A stretch of 64,000 nucleotides of DNA from positions 258,623-322,622 of the forward strand of contig JBFWVL010000003.1 of the NCBI GenBank assembly GCA_050246755.1, given 5' to 3'. Positions within the stretch are counted from its first letter, which is position 1; each line of letters starts with the position of its first letter. Below the pieces are notes generated by a model. That model had not been told where the DNA came from. It saw only the letters and a list, made by a program, of their open reading frames with translations, and did no database searches. The DNA is from Bacteriovoracia bacterium. GTDB lineage: Bacteria; Bdellovibrionota; UBA1018; CAIPTA01. Below are positions 49,448 to 58,013 of this stretch, piece by piece. The position numbers and the translations under genes are program-made.

Positions 49448-50310
49448 AATGCCTAAATTGTAATAGTGAAAAATTTGAAGAGAAGCGAATTAGAGTCCCC
49501 TTAGAGTTTAGGGGAGAAACAATTGAAGCCATAGTTCCTGCTTTTGTTTGCGTGAAGTGTGAAGAACCACTGATGAATGACGAACAGATGAGCGCTTTAA
49601 GACAAGAAGTTGCAGACACCTATAGAAGACAGAATGAACTGTTGACCGCCAAAGAGATTACAGATTTCCGAAAGAGACTCGACCTCTCACAAAGAGAGTT
49701 TGCGGCATATTTGGAAGTCGGCGAAGCCAGTATCAAACGCTGGGAGACTCATTTCATTCAAGATAAGTCGCAAGATGAACACATTCGAATTAAGTGCGAT
49801 AAGGAATACGCACAGATGCACGTCTTTGATCTTGGCATCATGCTTGGTGAGGATGACGAGTACCAAGGCAACCGCGAGTTTAACTGGGATCGATTTAAAA
49901 ACACGGCCCTCTATTTGGTAAAAACATGCAAGAGCCCACTCTTTCTTAATAAAGCTCTTTTTTATGCGGATTTTTTAAATTTTAAAAAACACAATGCGAG
50001 TATCACAGGTTGTGTATACGCAAAATTAGACTACGGGCCCTGCCCGGACGACTTTCGGATGCTTTTCCGCAAGATGACAAATGAAGGATTAATAAAACAA
50101 GGCCAAGGTCATAACTTAATCGCTTTAGAAAAGCCTCAAATGGATCTCTTTGATGACAATGAAAAAGCTACACTTGAAGCCATTCGTGCTCGCACAGAGA
50201 AAGACGCCGGTCAGGCTCTCTATGACTTATCACATGAAGAAGCGGCATATGAAAAGACAGAGTATTACGCGCGAATTAGTTACAAATTTGCAACTAAGTT
50301 AAAATTTTAA
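49444..50310 (+). CDS. Antitoxin: MqsA-like Zn finger plus HTH plus DUF4065 (Panacea/SocA) domain
   Basis: CLNC...CVKC; LSQREFA...RWE HTH; LNKALFYADF...SITG...YGP...SHEE. Confidence 0.85.
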   Translation: MKCLNCNSEKFEEKRIRVPLEFRGETIEAIVPAFVCVKCEEPLMNDEQMSALRQEVADTYRRQNELLTAKEITDFRKRLDLSQREFAAYLEVGEASIKRWETHFIQDKSQDEHIRIKCDKEYAQMHVFDLGIMLGEDDEYQGNREFNWDRFKNTALYLVKTCKSPLFLNKALFYADFLNFKKHNASITGCVYAKLDYGPCPDDFRMLFRKMTNEGLIKQGQGHNLIALEKPQMDLFDDNEKATLEAIRARTEKDAGQALYDLSHEEAAYEKTEYYARISYKFATKLKF

Positions 50311-50325
50311 TTCCGGATGGACTGA

Positions 50326-50634
50326 ATGTTAGACGCACAAACTGAAAAGCTAAAAAAACTACTAGCACTTACCACTTCGAGCAATGACAACGAGGCACTA
50401 ATAGCGATCAGACAAGCAAATAAAATATTGAAATCCGCTAACAGAACTTGGCCAGAAATTATTGGGGCAGACTTGACCGAGGCAAACAGTCGATACAGTC
50501 AATTACATCTCAAATATGTCGCCTTAGCCGAAAAATATAATCAGCTGGTGGCTATGATAGCTAGGCATCAAGCTGTAGCCGCAATAGGTTTGCCACAAAG
50601 AAGGCCGTCTCGCAGAAGGAACGTTAGACTTTAG
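50326..50634 (+). CDS. DUF2786-like protein
   Basis: EKLKKLLALTTSSNDNEA motif. Confidence 0.6.
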   Translation: MLDAQTEKLKKLLALTTSSNDNEALIAIRQANKILKSANRTWPEIIGADLTEANSRYSQLHLKYVALAEKYNQLVAMIARHQAVAAIGLPQRRPSRRRNVRL

Positions 50635-50664
50635 GTAGGGATCTTCGTGCAATGGATCAAAAGA

Positions 50665-50937
50665 TTATCGATCACCAAATCGCCTGTGTACCCAATACTG
50701 AATGATCGCTTCTTTCACGTTTTCTAAACCGAGATTATCATACCAAGCATAGTGTTCAGTCCGATCTTCATCACTCTCCCTTAGAGTTTCAACCTTCACA
50801 CAAATCTCCAGAGCGCGAATAAAGCGAAGTAGATCGTTGGTCAAATCGACCGCTGGTAGACCTGTTCTGATGCTTGGATCTCCTTCAGCTCCAGTAAATA
50901 GCGCATTCAGTAGCTCTTCATACTGTTGATCTGTCAT
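50665..50937 (-). CDS. Hypothetical protein
   Basis: 90-aa ORF with a GGGG RBS-like sequence. Confidence 0.5.
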   Translation of the reverse strand: MTDQQYEELLNALFTGAEGDPSIRTGLPAVDLTNDLLRFIRALEICVKVETLRESDEDRTEHYAWYDNLGLENVKEAIIQYWVHRRFGDR

Positions 50938-51046
50938 TTTTTACCCCAAAGCCCTAAGCCCCTGAAAACACATAAGCACCACGGAACCACGAAGGCTCAG
51001 CAGTGCTCACGGCAATCTAATCATTTTAAAGACTTAGAACCATTCC

Positions 51047-51538
51047 GTGGTTCCAATTATGGTGGAGCAGCTCCATACTTGGAAGAACCGCTCTAAGCTG
51101 TCGGATTCGTTCGAATTCAACTTCGACCTTAAGCTTATTGTACCCGAAGTTTGGCGTGATTTATACGAAAACCAAGGTTTTTCTGCCGCTCAAATTGCCG
51201 CCAAATTTCGGGTGCCGAAGCAATCCATTCTCGACATCCTCCGGCGCTCAGGCGTCCATATGAGGCGCGGCAGTGGCCATTCTAGTCGGGTTGATAATTA
51301 TCGAGCCTTCAATCCCCCATTCGGATTCAAGGTTCTCGCGGGCAAGCTCAAAACCCATCCAAAGGAGAAAGAAATCTGTCGGATGATCGTGTCCTTAAGA
51401 CGCGACAAGAAGCTTTCGTGCCTGGAGATTGCCAGGCAACTCAACAGCAGTGCAGTGCGGACACGTAAGCAAGGAAAGACTCAGTGGCAGGCCAGCACCG
51501 TGCGAAGCATTTATAAACGCTGGAATAAACTACTTTAA
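51047..51538 (+). CDS. HTH plus large-serine-recombinase DNA-binding (Recombinase) domain, no catalytic domain
   Basis: PPFGF, EIARQLN, RTRKQGKTQWQASTVRSI; no Y-x-R-V-S motif. Confidence 0.75.
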   Translation: MVPIMVEQLHTWKNRSKLSDSFEFNFDLKLIVPEVWRDLYENQGFSAAQIAAKFRVPKQSILDILRRSGVHMRRGSGHSSRVDNYRAFNPPFGFKVLAGKLKTHPKEKEICRMIVSLRRDKKLSCLEIARQLNSSAVRTRKQGKTQWQASTVRSIYKRWNKLL

Positions 51539-51552
51539 CTAAGGAGATAACC

Positions 51553-51741
51553 ATGAACTTTCAAGGCGCACTCGAAGCACTGGTTGGAGCATTCATAACT
51601 TTTTACCTAGGTTGCGCATGCATTGGGCGGCCCGACATTCCCATGAAGGTCATAACTGAACTTCGAAGCAAGGCTTTAGCTAACACCAATGCAAGCTGGG
51701 GCTGCCCTTCAGTATTCAAACACGATGCCTGCCACAGCTAA
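51553..51741 (+). CDS. Small hypothetical protein, possibly 3'-truncated
   Basis: AAGGAG RBS; hydrophobic N-terminus. Confidence 0.5.
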   Translation: MNFQGALEALVGAFITFYLGCACIGRPDIPMKVITELRSKALANTNASWGCPSVFKHDACHS

Positions 51742-51793
51742 AGGCGAGCACTGGGATATCCCAATGGCAATGTGTATGCCGGGCAAGGAATAA
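51740..51793 (+). pseudogene. Possible Met/Cys-rich C-terminal remnant of a CusB-like adaptor
   Basis: KGEHWDIPMAMCMPGKE-stop ends 3 bp before the cusA start, where cusB normally sits. Confidence 0.35.
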
Positions 51794-51796
51794 CGG

Positions 51797-52663
51797 ATGG
51801 TCACGCGTATCATTGATTTCTCGGCGCGAAACCGAGTTCTCGTACTGACGATGGTATTCCTCTTTGGATTGCTGGGAGTCTATTCCCTTAAACGCATTCC
51901 CCTCGATGCTATTCCCGATCTCTCAGATACACAGGTGATCATCTATTCTAAATGGGACCGCTCGCCCGATATCGTCGAGAATCAGGTTACCTACCCAATC
52001 GTTTCCTCTATGCTTGGCGCCCCTCACGTAAAATCCGTGCGCGGTTTCTCCGATTACGGCTTTTCCTACGTGTACGTAATCTTCGAAGATGGCGTAGACC
52101 TCTACTGGGCGCGCAGCCGCGTATTAGAAAATCTCAACCGGATCACTTCTCAAATTCCTCCGGGTGTAAAAACGGAAATTGGCCCCGATGCCACGAGCGT
52201 TGGCTGGGTCTACCAATATGCGCTCCGCGATGATTCGGGCCGTTTTAATTCCTCCGATCTTCGCTCGATGCAAGATTGGCTAATCCGCTTTCAATTGCAA
52301 TCAGTGCCGGGAGTGGCCGAAGTTGCGCCAGTGGGCGGATTCGTAAAGCAATACCAGGTGCGGGTAGATCCTACGCGCTTAGCCCAGTACCAAGTGACTC
52401 TTCCCCAGGTGATGGAAGCCGTAAAGAACTCTAACCAAGAAAGCGGCGGACGGACGATTGAGTATTCCGGCACAGAGGCCATGGTGCGAAGCCGGGCCCT
52501 GGTGGACAAAACGGAAGATATCGAAAATGCGGTGGTTACCTATAACCCAAGAAGCCGCGCTCCGATCATTGTAAAGCAAGTGGCCAGCGTTTCAGTTGGG
52601 CCCGAAATGCGTCGCGGAATTACGGATTTCAACGGCCTCGGCGATACGGTTGACGGTATTTGA
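51797..52663 (+). pseudogene. cusA: 5' fragment of a CusA-type RND efflux pump
   Basis: IPLDAIPDLSDTQV, VENQVTYP, DLYWARSRV, GPDAT and GPEMRRG motifs; stops at 288 aa versus about 1050 for the family. Confidence 0.88.
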
Positions 52664-53071
52664 TCGGATCTTAATCGCCTTCCCCGTTGCATCGACTTCC
52701 GATTGCCCAAAATACGTTACAATCGCCCGGGCCACATCGGCTTTGAACTGGTCGTAAGTATAAGTGGCAGGCTCAAAGCCGAAATCACTATGAGAGCCGC
52801 TTCCGGGATAGTCGTTAAAGAAAATCCCATTATGCTGCACCGCCACGTCCACATCGCTATCGGCCGGGATATTCGTTCGATTTGCGTATGAGCCCTTGGC
52901 GTAGACAGTAATATCCATCGCTGAAAGCTTGGCGTCAGCTTCAATTGCCTTTTTGACCATACGCTCAGCTCGCTCGCACCGTTCCTTTTCTGAGTCGCTA
53001 GGTGGTTCTGCCCAGCGGCGAAGCTTCGAGTCTAAGGAACTCCTAGCCTTGGAGGCTCGAAGCGCGTTCAA
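52650..53071 (-). pseudogene. 5' fragment of a CBASS CD-NTase (CdnE-like)
   Basis: WAEPPSDSE, GSYANRTNI...SDVDV and GKAIKI motifs. The frame then runs into antisense cusA before the third catalytic Asp. Confidence 0.8.
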
Positions 53072-53250
53072 GAACGGGGATAGCGGAAATTGGTTAGAAC
53101 TCAGAAAAACCTCGCGGAAAGGGTTGAAAATATTCGGGTTACGGCCGTAGTCTCGAAGGTTAAATTAGCTAAGTTAAAGATGTGCTTTAACCGGCGAGTG
53201 TCAAGGCGCTCCCCTCGCAGAAACGGTTTTTTCCGGAGAATTTTTTATCC

Positions 53251-54198
53251 ATGAATACTTCGATTAGTGCGCCGCCAAAACCATTTAAGGTCCTTTCACT
53301 AGATGGCGGTGGAGGCAAAGGCGTTTATACTCTCGGGGTCCTAAGGGAGATTGAACGGGCAGTAAAGAAGCCCCTGAAAGAAGAATTTGATTTTTTTTAC
53401 GGGACCAGCACAGGGTCAATCATTGCCGGCGCTCTGGCAACCGGAGCGACTGTGGACCAGATTCTGGCGTTTTACCTAGAAAAACTGCCCAGCATCATGA
53501 AAAGGTTTTTTTCCTCACGTCGCTCGGCCGCCCTGCAGGAAAATCTAGAGGGGTTTTTCGGAAAGAAAACTTTCTCGGATTTAGAGGTGGGCCTGGCCGT
53601 AGTTGCAACAAGCTTAGAAAGCAAAAGAGCTATCATCTTTAAAAACTCAGTTGATCAAGCACATGGGATGAAAGCTACTTTCCTCCCGGGCTTTGGCCTC
53701 ACTCTTGCCGAGGCAATTGAAGCATCATGTTCGGCCTATCCATTTTTCTGCCCGAAGGAACTCGACCTCAAAAACGCTGGTAAAATTCAGGCCGTCGATG
53801 GAGGCTTTGTTGCAAACAATCCTTCCCTTTACGCGCTCGTAGACGTTCGCCAGGCATTAAAACTGGCCGATGAAAACGTGAGAATTCTAAGCATCGGCAC
53901 AGGCATTTACCCTGAGAGCTACCCTGTTTATTCATGGCTTCATGGAGTTCGAATCTTTCCGGCCATGAAGATGATTTCGACTCAGTTCACAGCGAGCGCG
54001 AACTCTACGGAAAAGGTTTTTGAGCTACTTTCCAAAGGAATTCCATCCGTGAGAATTAACCAATCTTTTGCAGAGCCAAGACTTTCTACAAGTTTGTTCG
54101 AGCACCGGCCTATTGTCCTGAACAAACTTCTTAATAAAGGGCGCGAATCTTATGCGTCAGCGGAAGATAGCGTAAAGGCGCTGCTTAATATCCAGTAA
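53251..54198 (+). CDS. Patatin-like phospholipase (CapV/CapE-like CBASS effector candidate)
   Basis: LSLDGGGGKG, GTSTG, DGGFVANNP and LSIGTG motifs; adjacent to the CD-NTase fragment. Confidence 0.85.
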   Translation: MNTSISAPPKPFKVLSLDGGGGKGVYTLGVLREIERAVKKPLKEEFDFFYGTSTGSIIAGALATGATVDQILAFYLEKLPSIMKRFFSSRRSAALQENLEGFFGKKTFSDLEVGLAVVATSLESKRAIIFKNSVDQAHGMKATFLPGFGLTLAEAIEASCSAYPFFCPKELDLKNAGKIQAVDGGFVANNPSLYALVDVRQALKLADENVRILSIGTGIYPESYPVYSWLHGVRIFPAMKMISTQFTASANSTEKVFELLSKGIPSVRINQSFAEPRLSTSLFEHRPIVLNKLLNKGRESYASAEDSVKALLNIQ

Positions 54199-54275
54199 AT
54201 TCCTGACCTTCTGGCTCAATACACTGACGCGGTGGTCAGCATTCGTGCGCTCGCCCCTGTGCCAGAATTATAAAC

Positions 54276-54551
54276 ATGCCGCCCCGCTATCGCCATCAAG
54301 CTCCCGTACCGACTCTTAGCTTCTGGAGGCCAAGCGGAAAGCAGTGGACTGCGGAAAAGGAAGGAATTGAAGAGCTGATTGCCGCATCTGCGTATTCAGA
54401 AGAAGAACTGAAGCGGCGGCTAGGTGCTGCCTATTCCCAACTCTCAGAAGTGCTCAGTGGCAAACCGGTGGACGCGTGGACTGCCAAATTTTTTGAATAC
54501 AGCCTTTCGCGGCAAGAGGAGCGGAAAACCGAAACCTGGACTCCTAAATGA
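54276..54551 (+). CDS. Hypothetical protein
   Basis: 91-aa ORF; its stop overlaps a 24-codon hydrophobic ORF (54548-54622). Confidence 0.45.
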   Translation: MPPRYRHQAPVPTLSFWRPSGKQWTAEKEGIEELIAASAYSEEELKRRLGAAYSQLSEVLSGKPVDAWTAKFFEYSLSRQEERKTETWTPK

Positions 54552-54645
54552 GCCCGCTACGCCCAGCTGAAATTTTTCGGGCCTTCTTCGTTTCTTCGGT
54601 ATTCCTGCTGCTACTTTTCTGACCCTGAACGTGCGTTATCGCCCG

Positions 54646-55584
54646 TCACTTTAAAGAAGCCGTCGCCGAAGGAACACTATCCCTTAGAAAATCCTCAGCA
54701 AAAATTTTCAACTCCTTGCCCTCGTAGCCTAAATACAGAACTTTATCTCCTTCATCAGAAAAATGATTTGAAGTAAATTTCTGAGAAAAGCTCACCACAA
54801 ACTCATTCTGGAAACGAAGAATATTCATTCCTTCGACCTCTACTCTGGCAGTCCCACTCATTTGAGCCAGGCGCTGCTTATGCGCCTTCCACCGCGACAG
54901 ATTCATATTGCTTCCACGAAACTTCGAAGCATAGTTACTCAAATATTTCGCCATATCCTGGGCCTGCCATGCGCTTCTCCAAGATTCCATAAAGGCCTTT
55001 ACCTTTTCCGCGCTAACTACACGCTCGGCCTCGTTGCCGGGCTCGTCCCTATCTAAAATTACAATCGGCGTATGCTTCGGTCTTATCAGTGCATCTAACT
55101 GCAAAATAGAATTATTGCGCACCACTACGCAGCCTTTGGAACCCCGGTTAAGCGACACCGAATCCGGCACGGCATGAAGCCAAATCCCATCCCCCGTCTT
55201 TCCTTCGAGACGGTCAAAGTAATTGGGATAGTTAGTGGTAAATGCGAGATCGCCGTAAGTTTCCCGAGGAACTTCAGGAGGAAATTTTTTATTTACGAGC
55301 ATGTATACGCCTTCGGGCGTCTTCAGGTCACCGCGCTTTAATTTTACGCCCGAGCCTTTTCCGATATCCACATCCGTGGAAAATAATAATTTTGGCGCGT
55401 TATTTTCAAATGTCCAAACATTGAGCTTTCTAGCTTGTTTGTCCACCACCAACGCAAGACCAGGCTGATGGGCACTCGCGCTAAGATCGATTATGGAATT
55501 TGAAACTGCATGGCAATCATTTGCAGGCGTGAAGCCTGCAATGACCAGCAATGCCAACATGGGGCTCAGTGAAAAATATCTCAT
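54646..55584 (-). CDS. L,D-transpeptidase (YkuD) with C-terminal NTF2-like domain
   Basis: GDLKTPEGVY, NYPN, GIWLHA and SKGCVV motifs; WRSAWQ...YL..Y C-terminal domain. Confidence 0.9.
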   Translation of the reverse strand: MRYFSLSPMLALLVIAGFTPANDCHAVSNSIIDLSASAHQPGLALVVDKQARKLNVWTFENNAPKLLFSTDVDIGKGSGVKLKRGDLKTPEGVYMLVNKKFPPEVPRETYGDLAFTTNYPNYFDRLEGKTGDGIWLHAVPDSVSLNRGSKGCVVVRNNSILQLDALIRPKHTPIVILDRDEPGNEAERVVSAEKVKAFMESWRSAWQAQDMAKYLSNYASKFRGSNMNLSRWKAHKQRLAQMSGTARVEVEGMNILRFQNEFVVSFSQKFTSNHFSDEGDKVLYLGYEGKELKIFAEDFLRDSVPSATASLK

Positions 55585-55682
55585 AGGGTTAAGATAATTT
55601 TCCTAGATGCCTTGCAACAAATCAACATTTTTTGCCTCCGCTACCGTGTGGTGAAAGCAGAAAATCTGCCTGCTCAGCAATA

Positions 55683-56015
55683 CTATTGCTTACAGTATTT
55701 CATCTCGTTTTTATCGAAATCAATTTCCATATCGTCTAGCCTAACCATAGTTTTGTCGCCCACGGTCGAGATTGATCCGATGCCCGTAAAATGCTTTTTT
55801 ACGATCGCCGAATCTGGAATTTTGATGTGCTCTCGAAAATACTTAGTGCCCTCGATCAGCGGCAACTTACTCTTGCCGCCGTCCAGCGAAATCATCTTCA
55901 AGGTATATTCACTATTAGGCAAATCCCTGTTGATGCAGCTGAAGCTGGTGTCGTCCAAGGCAAATGCAGGTGCCGCTAGAAGAAGCCCGTAGTAAAGAAC
56001 CGTTATTTTAAGCAT
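55683..56015 (-). CDS. Small exported hypothetical protein
   Basis: Signal peptide (AFA), terminal Cys pair, GGGG RBS. Confidence 0.65.
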   Translation of the reverse strand: MLKITVLYYGLLLAAPAFALDDTSFSCINRDLPNSEYTLKMISLDGGKSKLPLIEGTKYFREHIKIPDSAIVKKHFTGIGSISTVGDKTMVRLDDMEIDFDKNEMKYCKQ

Positions 56016-56047
56016 GGTTTCCCCCTTTCAAATTACCAAAAATGCCC

Positions 56048-56081
56048 TTATCAGTGGGCCCGTTAAGAGGCCCACTGATAA
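56048..56081 (-). terminator. Stem-loop after the TolC-family gene
   Basis: TTATCAGTGGGCC-N8-GGCCCACTGATAA, a 13-bp stem. Confidence 0.7.
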
Positions 56082-56087
56082 TTCAAA

Positions 56088-57347
56088 TCACCTAGAATTT
56101 CTCGAGTAGTCGCCGGAAAAAGTCATCCGGTTCAATCTGTCCTGATTAGTAAGCACACGATAATTCAGAGTAAGCATTGCGGCCTTTGCCTGAATTTTGT
56201 TCTTAATATTTTCTGAATATTCCACGGCGTCAATTCTCTCACCCAGCTGAGTTCTGCGAGCAATTGCCGTGGCGCTTTCTTCAGAAAGCTCTAACCGCTT
56301 TTGATAGAGCCCATAGTTAAGCACGTCAGAATTGAATTGATTGCTCAGGCCCCTTAGCTGCCGTTTGAGAGTTTCCACTACACCCTTTTGCTGTAAGCGC
56401 AGGATATCGGCTTGCGAGTCCGCAATCTTAATCGATTCATTTTGGGCAAATACACCACTGCTCTCGGGAATTGCATCAAAAACGCCTCCGGCCACGCCAC
56501 GGCTAATCGGGCTAGAGCCGAAAAAGGAATAGCTGATCTCTTCTTTGATATAATCAACAGTGGAGATGAGATAAGCATACTGCTTTCTCTCGGGGCTTTC
56601 TGAAACCGCTTTCGCTTCGAAATCCTTATAGGACATTGCCTTGAGCCCTTGCACTTTCGGCAGCTCCAAAGGCGCTAAGGTCAGTTTCACATCTGCCGGC
56701 ATTCCAAGCGCGTAGGATAACTCGTCGATCTCCTGCGAAATCAAAAGCCTCATGTTCTGTTCGTCTTCTTTAAGGCCCAAAATTCGGATTTCAATGTCGC
56801 GGCTTGTGCCTGGTTTTGCGCCGCCGAAAAGCTCATGGGTTTTCACGATCCGGTGCAAACGCTCCAGTTCCGTGATGCTCTCCGAGATATGCTCAAGCAA
56901 TCCTTCATCAAGGAGCGCCTTTGCGTAGAGAGATTTAGTAATATGAACTTCATTAGCCCACAGAGCCCGGTAGCCTTCGCTTTCGGCCTTGGCTAGAATT
57001 TTATTTTGCTCCAATCTCGACCAATTTGCGGGCACAAGGAATGGCGCGATTTCGGTGATGGAGTCAACCAAGCTAAGCGGATCCACAGCAACTTTAGCGA
57101 TGGTCCAAATAGTAAGCCGCGGCAATAGATCGGCACGCGCTTTTTCGATATTGGTTTTAGCCTGATAGGCCCGAAGCGAGCTCGTTTGAACCTTATAGTT
57201 TCGTTTGCTCACCTGGCTCACAATATCGTTAATCCTTAGCGATCTTGAGCGCGGCTGGGAAGCAATTGTCCTGTTTTTCGACTGCCCGGCTTCAGCGCCC
57301 TGTGAGAGCGCCGCAATTGCCAAGCTTAAAATTAGAATATTTTTCAT
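56088..57347 (-). CDS. TolC-family outer membrane efflux protein
   Basis: Signal peptide, ARADLLPRL, AVSESPE and helical OEP-like repeats. Confidence 0.75.
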   Translation of the reverse strand: MKNILILSLAIAALSQGAEAGQSKNRTIASQPRSRSLRINDIVSQVSKRNYKVQTSSLRAYQAKTNIEKARADLLPRLTIWTIAKVAVDPLSLVDSITEIAPFLVPANWSRLEQNKILAKAESEGYRALWANEVHITKSLYAKALLDEGLLEHISESITELERLHRIVKTHELFGGAKPGTSRDIEIRILGLKEDEQNMRLLISQEIDELSYALGMPADVKLTLAPLELPKVQGLKAMSYKDFEAKAVSESPERKQYAYLISTVDYIKEEISYSFFGSSPISRGVAGGVFDAIPESSGVFAQNESIKIADSQADILRLQQKGVVETLKRQLRGLSNQFNSDVLNYGLYQKRLELSEESATAIARRTQLGERIDAVEYSENIKNKIQAKAAMLTLNYRVLTNQDRLNRMTFSGDYSRNSR

Positions 57348-57356
57348 AATCTACTC

Positions 57357-58004
57357 CTAGTTGCTGCGCTTGATATCAAGCGTATAGGTATTCGCATTCC
57401 AAGATGGCTGAACTGTTCCAACCAAGCGCCCAACGGTTTTGAGCTGACCGTCGCTTACCTTTTCGGAAATCTCGCTCGCCTGGCCCTCGCTGGTTCCTTC
57501 GGCCTTGCCTTCCTTACTTAGATAAAATGTATAAGCGCTAGGGCATTCGCTCGAATTAATCGAAATAATTCCACGCTTAAAGTTAGGACGCACTTGAGAC
57601 ACCCGGCAACCGACGGCGGTATTAGTATCAGCTGGATCCCACTGTACGATCTGAACATTGTAGTAAAGGCCGGAAAGATCACTCTCGATCTCACTCAATT
57701 GGCGAACGCGTTCTCCAGTGTATGGAGGAATGCTTCTGAGTAGGGTTACGCGCATTTTGTACGGTTCGCCTTGAACAGAAACTTCGCCCTCAAATTTTCC
57801 TTCGATGGCTCCATAATAACGGTGGCGCGCCGTTAAATCGGTTTCCATTTTTTCGGCTTTTTTGGCCTGGTTCGTGTTCTCTACATCTCGTGAAGCTTCG
57901 CTCTCGGCAGAAGCTCGCTCTTTAGTGCCGTCAACGGATTTACCGTCGCAACCCGCCAAAACCAACAATCCCAAAATTCCAACAATTATACTTTTCATTT
58001 TCAT
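57357..58004 (-). CDS. Hypothetical lipoprotein
   Basis: Lipobox LAGC; AAGGAG RBS; directly downstream of czcA. Confidence 0.75.
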   Translation of the reverse strand: MKMKSIIVGILGLLVLAGCDGKSVDGTKERASAESEASRDVENTNQAKKAEKMETDLTARHRYYGAIEGKFEGEVSVQGEPYKMRVTLLRSIPPYTGERVRQLSEIESDLSGLYYNVQIVQWDPADTNTAVGCRVSQVRPNFKRGIISINSSECPSAYTFYLSKEGKAEGTSEGQASEISEKVSDGQLKTVGRLVGTVQPSWNANTYTLDIKRSN

Positions 58005-58013
58005 CTCCTTAAA

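Noticed and set aside
51060-51068. TGGTGGAGC as the reverse 3' end of a tRNA-Ala or tmRNA
   Set aside because: Only 9 bp match and no T arm or cloverleaf is adjacent; not callable as an RNA gene.
54548-54622. 24-aa hydrophobic ORF as a type I toxin
   Set aside because: No antisense RNA or structured leader is evident; it could equally be a truncated signal peptide.
48680-54650. TGAC tetramer near several island junctions as a transposon target
   Set aside because: A 4-mer is too frequent to be informative, and it is absent at the junction near 51740.
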